DNA of 27,627 bases from a virus (Duplodnaviria; Heunggongvirae; Uroviricota; Caudoviricetes), in IMG/VR virus record IMGVR_UViG_2531839130_000010. One strand, written 5' to 3'. How positions within the stretch are numbered: position 1 is the first letter of the stretch; each line of letters opens with the position of its first letter. Made by a program: the position numbers and the translations under genes. The notes beneath the pieces are model-generated. The model saw only the letters and a program-made list of their open reading frames with translations, made no database searches and had not been told where the DNA came from. Shown here in pieces: positions 15,192 to 23,930 of this stretch.

Positions 15192-15218
15192 GTTCGACTC
15201 CTATTATCGGCACCATCA
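15192..15218 (+). repeat. attR core of the P4-like element: second copy of the 27-bp tRNA-Thr 3'-end repeat
   Basis: Exact copy of 2302-2328; no tRNA body upstream of it. Confidence 0.8.
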
Positions 15219-15821
15219 AGAAAATCAATAACTTAGCTTAACTTCTCTAAGAAATTGTATCTTCTGTTATCACTTACAAACGCCTATACGTTGTTATGGG
15301 CTTTGGTAGTGTAACACGTATGGGCGAGTAGTTCCCAGGCTCAACCTCGTAACAAGTTCCTTTGAAGCTGGAAGACGTGCCACCGTCTCTAAACCTTCTA
15401 CCAAAACTCTTAGCAAGATGTTCCACACCTGGCGCGGTGTCCAATGATGCTACACGTCGTGAGACGTTGCAGAGGATAAACAGGCTAAATGATGGGAAGA
15501 GTTTTAAGTGCAATAGTGGATTAAAGCCCACCTCTTCAAAACCTAACTTGATCGGGAAAGAATCAAGCTCTAGCACGGTTTCGTCCACCGGAGTACAACG
15601 GGTGCCTGATAAGAGAAGAACTGCTAAGACTTCATAGCTTTTGTGAAAAAGCCCTTTTTAGTGGATACGCCTACGGCGCTTATTTTTTGGTATAACCATC
15701 AAAGGCGCTTTATGGCTCCTATTGTCTTGAAAATGTATCTTTACTTGTATTGTGTTTTATGCGTAGCCTTCCTGTGTAGTATGTAACTTGTTCATTTTCA
15801 TATGAATACAGAGGCAACACG

Positions 15822-15974
15822 ATGAAAAACATTGCAGCTATCAAACGTAATAACCGCAAGATTCACGCTCGTAAGTTCCTGTCTACGCCAGAAGGAAAAG
15901 CCTGGCTAGAGCGTAAACAGCGAGAGAACGAAGAAAGAAAACTCCTTAGTGAGTTGAAATGGCTTAAGGATTGA
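15822..15974 (+). CDS. Small basic hypothetical protein (50 aa; below ORF-track cutoff)
   Basis: Manual translation MKNIAAIKRNNRKIHARKFLSTPEGKAWLERKQRENEERKLLSELKWLKD; GAGG-like RBS about 9 nt upstream. Confidence 0.3.
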   Translation: MKNIAAIKRNNRKIHARKFLSTPEGKAWLERKQRENEERKLLSELKWLKD

Positions 15975-16539
15975 ACCACCAGTAGGCGCATAACACATCC
16001 AGCGATCAAAGATGTGTTTATGCACCTGATAGTGAAATTATTAAAGTCGTTTAGTTAACATCGCCATTGCTTGAGCAATAATTGCAACAGCGTCCATCTC
16101 TTCACTGGAAGCGATGCAAATGCGGTAACTAATAGCCACAACGAATACATCAATAACGAGAAAGTGAATAGTGTGAAGATGTTTTGAAAGTAAATGCATA
16201 ACTTCCTCCGGTTTTACGATAGGAAGATTAGAACATGCATTAAATGATGTTACAAGGGTGGTAATTTACCCTAATAGTCTACTATTCACCTCAATCTACG
16301 TCAACCAATATTTGATGTAGATTTAATTTTCTTTTAAAAACAATATGTTGCAATTTGTTGAATTTTGGGGTTAGGTTGTTTTTTGAACGTTTTCATCAAG
16401 TGTAAAGATACGTTTAGCCTTCATAGTGAGTTCAGTTACTGTCTTTTTCTCTGAAATCGGCGCAGACGTGATCAATGTTTAACGCGAAGATCAGCGGCGT
16501 CAGGTCCACGCAGCGACAATTCTCAAATATCAGGAGGCA

Positions 16540-17097
16540 TTACGCTTCCTGCTCTTTCTTGATACGTTGCACCGTCTGTGTGCTGACACTGAAATCTTTT
16601 GCTACGCTCCGAATTGATCCACCATTCGCGAGAGCGGCAACAATTCCCGCTCGATCAATTGCTTTTCCATTACCACGTTTTGCTATACGTCCAGCGGCCT
16701 TAGCTGCGGCGATCCCCTCACGCTGCCGCTCAAGCATCATTTCACGTTCCATTTGTGCCACTGCTGCAAGCACTGTGAGCATCATATTCCCTGCGGGAGA
16801 GTTCTTCCCTGTCTTAAAGTCTTCTTTATGGAAATGCACAGACACGCCGCGCTCTGTTAATTGCTCAACCGTTGCCAGAAGGTCGGCTGTATTACGACAA
16901 AGGCGATCAATACTATGGACGTGTAACACGTCACCCTCCCGCACATAGTTCATCATTGCCTCAAACTGTGGGCGCTGAGTGTTCTTGCCTGACGCTTTAT
17001 CTTCAAAGACTTTATCAAGAGTTACTCCAGCTAATTGACGGTCTGTGTTTTGTTGCACAGTCGATACCCTAATGTATCCAATATTAGCCATTTTCAT
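16540..17097 (-). CDS. Serine recombinase (resolvase / DNA invertase family), 185 aa
   Basis: N-terminal catalytic signature IGYIRVSTVQQNTDRQ (active-site Ser), resolvase core, C-terminal HTH GGSIRSVAKDFSVSTQTVQRIKK; AAGGA RBS. Confidence 0.85.
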   Translation of the reverse strand: MKMANIGYIRVSTVQQNTDRQLAGVTLDKVFEDKASGKNTQRPQFEAMMNYVREGDVLHVHSIDRLCRNTADLLATVEQLTERGVSVHFHKEDFKTGKNSPAGNMMLTVLAAVAQMEREMMLERQREGIAAAKAAGRIAKRGNGKAIDRAGIVAALANGGSIRSVAKDFSVSTQTVQRIKKEQEA

Positions 17098-17655
17098 TTT
17101 CCTTCTGTGTTGATTTGTGTGTAGTGATTATTGATCGTGTTGATTAGGTGTGTAAAGGACTTTTTTCACTACGAAATTCGAAGGTTTTTAGTGTGGTGAT
17201 TTAGCCTGCTTTATCACTACACGTCTTGCATGAGAATCATGTAGTTACATTTTGGTAAAATTAGCAAGCTATTAAATAGTGTGTTTATTTTGAAAAAATA
17301 ATTTTTTGTTGCATTAAAGGAAACTTGTTCGACAAATAATAGATTGATTTTTAATCAACAATTTCTGATAGTGCTCTGTAAGCCGTATTACACAAGGCTT
17401 TGCGAAAGTGATGTAAAAGTGAAGAAAGCTAACATTGCACTTTTTAAGCTACTTTTCATTGGATTTTTACGTAGGAATTACACAGGGATTAATCATCAAT
17501 TACATTGAATTTAAGCCTGTTTTAGATGTTTAATTTTGGTAGCAAGAAACACTTTTAGAAGATCATTGCACAGATGCTATGTGATGATTGGATGTAACGG
17601 TAGGTCACTGTGAGCTACCCCTATCAAGTCTGATACCCGATAAGTATAAATAACA

Positions 17656-17756
17656 CCTGGGAAATGAGTTCCGATCTATTTAGGAAATAACCGTGGAAGT
17701 GGTTTCCTACCTACCTAGGAAATGAGTTCCTATCACCTAGGAAATGATTTCCGACA
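17656..17756. repeat. Cluster of near-palindromic direct repeats CCT(A/G)GGAAATGA(G/T)TTCC (3 copies) plus a related dyad; candidate protein-binding sites
   Basis: Copies at 17656-17674, 17714-17734, 17736-17756; dyad taggaaa-N15-tttccta at 17681-17709. Core GGAAAT-N-ATTTCC is palindromic. Confidence 0.5.
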
Positions 17757-18147
17757 ATACTATAATTAAACTACAATTAAACTATATAATATAATTCTTT
17801 TTTATCTTTATAAGAATAATTATAGGGATACCCGTTAGGGAGTCTAACGACTATCCCTTAATCTATTGGCATTCGCCAGAACCTTGCACAAGTTAGAGTG
17901 TTAGTCGTTAGACTGCTTGTCATAACACATAGTTTTTGTTTGTTGATGTTAGTTAGTAGATCTATGTTCGCTAATGCCGCTCACAACGAATATGTAATCT
18001 ACTATGTGCAAATAGCCTACGGCTTGCGTAAGGCTAAATAGTCTTGCGCTGTGCGCTTCAATAGTTCCATTGATGAGGCTTATGATCTTACCCAGCAATA
18101 GTGGACACGCGGCTAAGTGAGTAAACTCTCAGTCAGAGGTGACTCAC

Positions 18148-18447
18148 ATGACAAAAACAGTATCAACCAGTAAAAAACCCCGTAAACAGCATTCGCCTGA
18201 ATTTCGCAGTGAAGCCCTGAAGCTTGCTGAACGCATCGGTGTTACTGCCGCAGCCCGTGAACTCAGCCTGTATGAATCACAACTCTACAACTGGCGCAGT
18301 AAACAGCAAAATCAGCAGACGTCTTCTGAACGTGAACTGGAGATGTCTACCGAGATTGCACGTCTCAAACGCCAGCTGGCAGAACGGGATGAAGAGCTGG
18401 CTATCCTCCAAAAGGCCGCGACATACTTCGCGAAGCGCCTGAAATGA
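18148..18447 (+). CDS. insE: IS3 transposase OrfA (HTH DNA-binding subunit)
   Basis: [28 protein letters not shown]... recognised as IS3 OrfA; ATG at 18148 with GAGGTG RBS (track start 18139 is a GTG). Confidence 0.9.
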
Positions 18448-19310
18448 AGTATGTCTTTATTGAAAAACATCAGGCTGAGTTCAGCATCAAAGCAATGTGC
18501 CGCGTGCTCCGGGTGGCCCGCAGCGGCTGGTATACGTGGTGTCAGCGGCGGACAAGGATAAGCACGCGTCAGCAGTTCCGCCAACACTGCGACAGCGTTG
18601 TCCTCGCGGCTTTTACCCGGTCAAAACAGCGTTACGGTGCCCCACGCCTGACGGATGAACTGCGTGCTCAGGGTTACCCCTTTAACGTAAAAACCGTGGC
18701 GGCAAGCCTGCGCCGTCAGGGACTGAGGGCAAAGGCCTCCCGGAAGTTCAGCCCGGTCAGCTACCGCGCACACGGCCTGCCTGTGTCAGAAAATCTGTTG
18801 GAGCAGGATTTTTACGCCAGTGGCCCGAACCAGAAGTGGGCAGGAGACATCACGTACTTACGTACAGATGAAGGCTGGCTGTATCTGGCAGTGGTCATTG
18901 ACCTGTGGTCACGTGCCGTTATTGGCTGGTCAATGTCGCCACGCATGACGGCGCAACTGGCCTGCGATGCCCTGCAGATGGCGCTGTGGCGGCGTAAGAG
19001 GCCCCGGAACGTTATCGTTCACACGGACCGTGGAGGCCAGTACTGTTCAGCAGATTATCAGGCGCAACTGAAGCGGCATAATCTGCGTGGAAGTATGAGC
19101 GCAAAAGGTTGCTGCTACGATAATGCCTGCGTGGAAAGCTTCTTTCATTCGCTGAAAGTGGAATGTATCCATGGAGAACACTTTATCAGCCGGGAAATAA
19201 TGCGGGCAACGGTGTTTAATTATATCGAATGTGATTACAATCGGTGGCGGCGGCACAGTTGGTGTGGCGGCCTCAGTCCGGAACAATTTGAAAACAAGAA
19301 CCTCGCTTAG
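18444..19310 (+). CDS. insF: IS3 transposase OrfB (DDE catalytic subunit)
   Basis: 288-aa IS3 OrfB with integrase-core DDE region (WAGDITYL ... HTDRGGQY ... [11 protein letters not shown]); overlaps OrfA as in IS3. Confidence 0.9.
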
Positions 19311-19875
19311 GCCTGTGTCCATATTACGTGGGTAGGATCATTACGCCAATCTAACGATCATCAATCTATTTAAGAGAAAATCTATTGTGCAATACTCTGA
19401 CGAGTGCAATAACCTTGTGTGCTACGCGTTAGCGATGTTAGCACATAGACACAGACAACAACCAACAACAAACAAAAAAGAAAGAATGGTTTTAGTAGTT
19501 GAAGGTTAAATAAGTTTCTACCGCTTAAATCAAGCCGTAGGCGAGCTAAACGTATATAAGGCAGGGAAACCTTAGCGGTAATAGATTAGCTCATTATAGA
19601 GCTTCTGAGGAGCTTTACAGGTATTTTATAAGGTGTCTGAAATTAGAGTTTATCTATCATCTCCTTTTCATATACCTAACAAATACAAAATAAGCCCCTT
19701 AAATAAACCTCTGGCGAGCTAAACTGTCATTACATAAGGGAATGTATTGTTTTTATCAAAACCTCGTTAGAACGCGTTTTAGAGAATAAGGAAGAATAGC
19801 ATCACACAGAAGAGCACGAATTGCTAAGCAAAATCATAACATACTGAAAAATGATCAATATTTTATGGGCGGGGG

Positions 19876-19904
19876 TTGACAAAAGCCTTTAGTTATGGTA
19901 AAGT
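19876..19904 (+). promoter_or_regulatory. Candidate sigma70 promoter with extended -10 (TTGACA-N17-TAAAGT, TG at -15/-14)
   Basis: TTGACA 19876-19881, 17-bp spacer, TGgTAAAGT 19896-19904; about 120 bp upstream of the first small gene. Confidence 0.4.
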
Positions 19905-20027
19905 AATATTAGGGACAGGAAAACATTCCTATCCTCTAAATAATTAAACCAATGCACCGCACTTTGAAGCCCAAGAGGCTTGCAAGGTGTCTTTTTCTTC
20001 TAACCAAATAGAATAGGAGGTTAATTA

Positions 20028-20210
20028 GTGAAGTATTTCACTTCTCAAGATGTAGTTGAAGCCTGGAAACGTGGTGAGATCAACCGCTTTAGGGTAAGAA
20101 TGAATAGGAACACAGCGCGACGCTGTGGTTATCCAGAGCGTGAAAAATGTTTTGACGATGCACTAAAAATTATTGATGAACTGCGTAAGGCAGGAGCAGA
20201 GAAAGAATAA
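20028..20210 (+). CDS. Small hypothetical protein (60 aa)
   Basis: ORF track; GTG start preceded by a strong AGGAGG RBS. Confidence 0.45.
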   Translation: MKYFTSQDVVEAWKRGEINRFRVRMNRNTARRCGYPEREKCFDDALKIIDELRKAGAEKE

Positions 20211-20233
20211 TAACAGGAGAAGGAGAAAACCAA

Positions 20234-20422
20234 ATGAATATTAATTTTGATTCTGCAACTTATAACGCGTTGTTAAATCGTGCAAAGGCAGAAGGGAAAT
20301 CAATTCCAAAACTTGTTAATGAATTACTAATTACAGTCCTTACAAAGGAGGAACTAAATGATCAAAAATATCAAAACAATTGCCGAAGCGAAAGCCAAAT
20401 GTCTAAATCAGAAAGATGGTAA
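20234..20422 (+). CDS. Small hypothetical protein (62 aa), possible RHH/CopG-like fold
   Basis: ORF track; GGAGAAGGAG RBS; 3' end overlaps next gene by about 65 nt, so true extent is uncertain. Confidence 0.35.
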   Translation: MNINFDSATYNALLNRAKAEGKSIPKLVNELLITVLTKEELNDQKYQNNCRSESQMSKSERW

Positions 20423-21026
20423 ACAAAAATATGTAGTCGTTGAGCAGTGGTTGAAGATGTTTAAAAAGTGGTTCTCACCGTCAGGTAATGAATACACCGC
20501 TACACTGCCAGCCGTTGAAATCTATAGCTATATAGCTGGATTCAATGAACAAGGGCAAGAATGTTACGCCACTCAAAAAACATTATCTAATATTGGAATG
20601 GTTAGTGATCGCCAGGTTCGCAATATTATAAATATGTTTGTTGATATGGGAGTTCTTTCTGTAGAGGCTCGGGACGGGCAAACATCACTCTATAAAGCAT
20701 TACCATTCACAGATGCACATATTACTCCCCCTGGAGAGTCATCACTACCTGATCCTTCTGAGAAAGAAGACGAATCTAATGAAATATTGAATGTTTCCGA
20801 AATCATCGTTGAAGAAGAAACACAAGAGCCAGAGTTCCCTGAGCGGCCCGAAATTTTTACTTGGCTTCTTTCCCTTGATAAGAAGAAACCACCGCACGAA
20901 GAAACAGAAGATTTTGTAAAACGAGCATTAGATTCAAAGAATATCTATCTTTGTGAAAATGATTTTGACTCTTTGATAATTGATCTCAAAAGTGAGAGCA
21001 CAATATATGATTCACTACCCTTCTAA
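20358..21026 (+). CDS. Hypothetical protein (222 aa) with winged-HTH-like N-terminal region and acidic C-terminus
   Basis: AAGGAGG RBS; segment ATQKTLSNIGMVSDRQVRNIINMFVDMGVLSVEARDGQTSLY resembles a wHTH; acidic EEETQEPEFPERPE stretch. Confidence 0.5.
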   Translation: MIKNIKTIAEAKAKCLNQKDGKQKYVVVEQWLKMFKKWFSPSGNEYTATLPAVEIYSYIAGFNEQGQECYATQKTLSNIGMVSDRQVRNIINMFVDMGVLSVEARDGQTSLYKALPFTDAHITPPGESSLPDPSEKEDESNEILNVSEIIVEEETQEPEFPERPEIFTWLLSLDKKKPPHEETEDFVKRALDSKNIYLCENDFDSLIIDLKSESTIYDSLPF

Positions 21027-21035
21027 GGAGAATAA

Positions 21036-21305
21036 ATGACTTATAACATCACTATAGGAAACAAAACTATTGAAATAACTGAAAGCGGATACAACATTTT
21101 AAAAGCTATTTTGGACATAGAGTTTTCACCACCGACAGTGGTTAGCTTTTGTAGTTTAGGCGGCTACAGCGCACAACACGTAAATCATTGGTTAAATCAT
21201 TTTACATCGTTCGGTGTGCTGGATTATGAAGGGATTAACAGCACTACATTTCGTCTTTTGAAATTAAACAAAGATTTTGAATTGTTTCTCACAAACAATC
21301 AATAA
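21036..21305 (+). CDS. Hypothetical protein (89 aa)
   Basis: ORF track; AAGGAG RBS. Confidence 0.45.
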   Translation: MTYNITIGNKTIEITESGYNILKAILDIEFSPPTVVSFCSLGGYSAQHVNHWLNHFTSFGVLDYEGINSTTFRLLKLNKDFELFLTNNQ

Positions 21306-21402
21306 CAACAGATCGGGCAATACATATGGCAAATGCATTTATGGCGATATTCATCGTAACAATGGCGTCCAGTTTTTATAATCCACATAAAAAGAGGGAA
21401 AA

Positions 21403-21786
21403 ATGGGAAGAAAGAAAAAGAACAACTTAAAACGTATTGAAAAAAACAGTAATTTCAATTCAAAAAGACAACGTCCACCGACACACACCAATAACGAAAT
21501 TCCAGGGGAAGAGATAATCTTTATTCTTGAAACAGAATCCCCTGAATTAAGTGATGAAGAATTAGAAATAATCCAATCAATGCCAGGCGTTTACTTTCGC
21601 CCAAGAACAAGAAAACAAACTATCATTTCTGATGGCACTCTGAAACGTTGGCAGCTTTTAGGGTTTAGCTCCTATCATCATTTTTTGGGATTTAACGCTT
21701 TCAATAATTGTGTAGGTGGTGCATCGGAAGTCGATCTGATGGCTCATTTAGAAGATACATTAGCTTCTAACAAACGTTCTAACTAA
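21403..21786 (+). CDS. Hypothetical protein (127 aa)
   Basis: ORF track; GAGGG RBS; basic N-terminus. Confidence 0.45.
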   Translation: MGRKKKNNLKRIEKNSNFNSKRQRPPTHTNNEIPGEEIIFILETESPELSDEELEIIQSMPGVYFRPRTRKQTIISDGTLKRWQLLGFSSYHHFLGFNAFNNCVGGASEVDLMAHLEDTLASNKRSN

Positions 21787-21801
21787 TAAAATGATGGGTG
21801 T

Positions 21802-22047
21802 ATGTATAAGCGCCCAATGAAAATATTCAAAAAAGGAAAAATAATGATTGGCTATATTCAAGAAACACAATTATTTCAGATGATCCTGTCTGATGCAAAA
21901 AACTATGCAGAGTTAATTCGGCTGGCAAAAGAAACAGAAGACTACGAAGCATTAGAGCGTTACCGTGATGAAGTGCTGACGCTCAAGACACCTTTTAACA
22001 TCGTATTGAATATGATTAATGATGCATTACAAGGAGAATACGCATAA
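21802..22047 (+). CDS. Hypothetical protein (81 aa or shorter)
   Basis: ORF track; alternative internal starts possible; stop overlaps next ATG. Confidence 0.4.
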   Translation: MYKRPMKIFKKGKIMIGYIQETQLFQMILSDAKNYAELIRLAKETEDYEALERYRDEVLTLKTPFNIVLNMINDALQGEYA

Positions 22048-22346
22048 TGGAAGAAGATATTAGCAATGCAATGGAACAACTTTTAGATCTGACTATCTCA
22101 CTACAAACAAGAATAAATCAAGCCTATTCAGATTTATGCGATTACACGCTCTCTCAATGCGTTATTAGCTTAATGAAGGTGAATGTAAGCCTTGACGATT
22201 TTATCTCTCTGGTGAGCGTATCAGAGGACGATGCAAAACAGTGTAATCAAATCATCACAGACATCGCCACCACGTTAAAGGTTGCAAGTGAAGAGATTCA
22301 GCAATTAGTAGATGATTTAGCAAAAAGTGCTATTTTCTCTAAATGA
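22047..22346 (+). CDS. Hypothetical protein (99 aa)
   Basis: ORF track; AAGGAGAA RBS; ATAATG overlap with the upstream gene. Confidence 0.45.
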   Translation: MEEDISNAMEQLLDLTISLQTRINQAYSDLCDYTLSQCVISLMKVNVSLDDFISLVSVSEDDAKQCNQIITDIATTLKVASEEIQQLVDDLAKSAIFSK

Positions 22347-22618
22347 TAATGAAAATTATTTGCATTTATAATGATTTTGTTATATAATAATTTTAGGGGT
22401 AGATAAAAAGATTTTAGTTGGTGTTAATCCTTCTACTGTCATAAATCCCTGCATATGGAAGGTGATAGCCTCAAAGGTTGAGTGGCATTAACCTCTAACA
22501 AATATTACCTTCCATCTCTCAAGAAGTTTTAGAATAATCATAACTCCCTCTTTGATTGTTGATTGTTTCTACGTTGTGTTGATGAATGTTGTTAGGCATT
22601 GTGCTTAATTTTGATAAA

Positions 22619-22661
22619 AGCGGGTAGGTGTTATCTCCTTGCCCTTCCCGCTCTTATTTTT
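22619..22661 (+). terminator. Terminator-like hairpin with T-tract
   Basis: agcggg ... cccgct stem (large 22-nt loop) followed by cttattttt; weaker than the other terminators. Confidence 0.3.
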
Positions 22662-23288
22662 CATCTATGCTTATCCTAAAGCTCCTTATTTTGTCAGAAA
22701 ACATTAAAGAGCCTTACACTGATAGTTATATTTTATAACTATTTACTAACATCATTAAACTATTATTTAATGACAGAAGTTAGTAACAGAATAATCTATT
22801 AAGTTGTTGTCAAAAACAATCATCTGCATAGCGTTAGCCGCAAGCAGAGAGAGTTTAGCTAAGAATGGTGCAATAAACTTTGGAAATATTGATAGCAAAA
22901 CGGGTTTTATAGAATGCGGATCTATAAGCTTTGGTTGTAAAAACGATTTTCTGAAACGGTAGATTACTGTTGGTGTAGTTAATCATTATTAAAAATTTAA
23001 TCTGTGAGTAGATTGGAATAGTGATTCCTTAAAATCTGACTGGTGCATCCACACCATGAAAGATAGCGGTTGGCCACCGCGCCCCGAATAGATATTCCTG
23101 ATTGATTCCGCATGTTTTCCTAAGAGCATGTTTTCAGGAGTATCTATTCACCCTTTAAGCATATCATCAAGTATATTTAAAAAGTGTATTTGCTGATATG
23201 TTTAATCCTCTTATAGTTTAACTTATCAATTATGTAATTGCCCGCACGTTAAAGCCCCTTTGCTGGTCAGAATTAACCTCTTACGGCA

Positions 23289-23528
23289 TTGGGGCTTTTT
23301 ATTTGTCTGGCACTAACAGGAACATTATTTATGAAACAAGAAATGATTATCAGCAAAGACGGGGAAACGATGATTGTTAGTGATGAAAACCTCATTAAGG
23401 TTGCCGCACTGTTGGGAGTTACTCCCGAAAGTCTTCGTTCTACCACTGCTCAATTATTTAAATCGGCTGATGCGGTTAGTCTTGCTGATGCCCTTAAATC
23501 TAAAATTAAACAACTGAAAGGAAAATAA
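23289..23528 (+). CDS. Hypothetical phage protein (79 aa; may start at internal Met near 23331)
   Basis: ORF track; first of a co-oriented phage-like gene set. Confidence 0.4.
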   Translation: MGLFICLALTGTLFMKQEMIISKDGETMIVSDENLIKVAALLGVTPESLRSTTAQLFKSADAVSLADALKSKIKQLKGK

Positions 23529-23532
23529 TCTT

Positions 23533-23916
23533 ATGGCTAACCCATATGGAAAATTAAAAGCAGTGAATGCGGATAACTCCCGTTCACGCTGTAAGGTAGT
23601 AGCTTACGCTGCTGATCCAGTGCTGCAAGATCGCCTCGTCAAACTGGCTTCACCTCTCACTGACGATCTTATTGTCGGGGCTTTGCTGAAAGCCGATGGC
23701 ACCAAAGCAACAACCGCATCTGATATTGCTCACGTAGTAGTTGAACCGGCTTATGAAGGACAGGAAAGCGTAGTGGTTGCACATCCTACTTTCGTTATTC
23801 TGGCTGAAGATGGGATTGAATTTAACAGCATGGAAAAGGCAAGTGTTATTGCAAAACTGCAATCTCTCGGCTTTGTAATTGCTGGTTATGAAGAACTTGC
23901 GATCCCTACGACTTAA
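23533..23916 (+). CDS. Phage structural-module protein (127 aa), function unknown
   Basis: ORF track; AAGGA RBS; tight spacing with neighbours. Confidence 0.45.
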   Translation: MANPYGKLKAVNADNSRSRCKVVAYAADPVLQDRLVKLASPLTDDLIVGALLKADGTKATTASDIAHVVVEPAYEGQESVVVAHPTFVILAEDGIEFNSMEKASVIAKLQSLGFVIAGYEELAIPTT

Positions 23917-23930
23917 CAAGGAAAATAATA

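Larger units (their letters stand above)
2329..15218 (+). mobile_element. P4-like satellite prophage / phage-inducible island (about 12.9 kb) integrated at a thrW-type att site
   Basis: Bounded by 27-bp direct repeats of the tRNA 3' end; gene order int - alpA - small regulators - alpha primase - iterons - sid/psu-like - ogr/delta - cargo - attR matches an integrated P4 map. Confidence 0.8.
18083..19340 (+). mobile_element. IS3 insertion sequence, complete (1258 bp)
   Basis: Terminal inverted repeats TGATCTTACCCAGC ... GGGTAGGATCA; OrfA and OrfB in -1 frame arrangement; flanked by 3-bp tta/tta consistent with a target-site duplication. Confidence 0.9.

Noticed and set aside
15274-15637. Overlapping ORFs on opposite strands (104 aa minus, 91 aa plus) just beyond attR
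   Set aside because: Mutually exclusive, Ser/Thr-rich or low-complexity, no clear RBS; could be a decayed gene but I cannot support either frame.
16475-16948. Plus-strand ORF of 157 aa
   Set aside because: Antisense to the serine recombinase gene, which has a clear catalytic signature; Arg/Ser/Ala-rich spurious translation.
19047-19322. ORFs antisense to IS3 OrfB (19047-19322 and 26749-27024)
   Set aside because: Identical artefactual ORFs inside both IS3 copies, opposite the transposase gene.
23249-23305. Hairpin aagcccc ... ggggctt followed by a T-tract, considered as a terminator
   Set aside because: Loop is about 30 nt and the element overlaps the start of the ORF at 23289; too weak to call.
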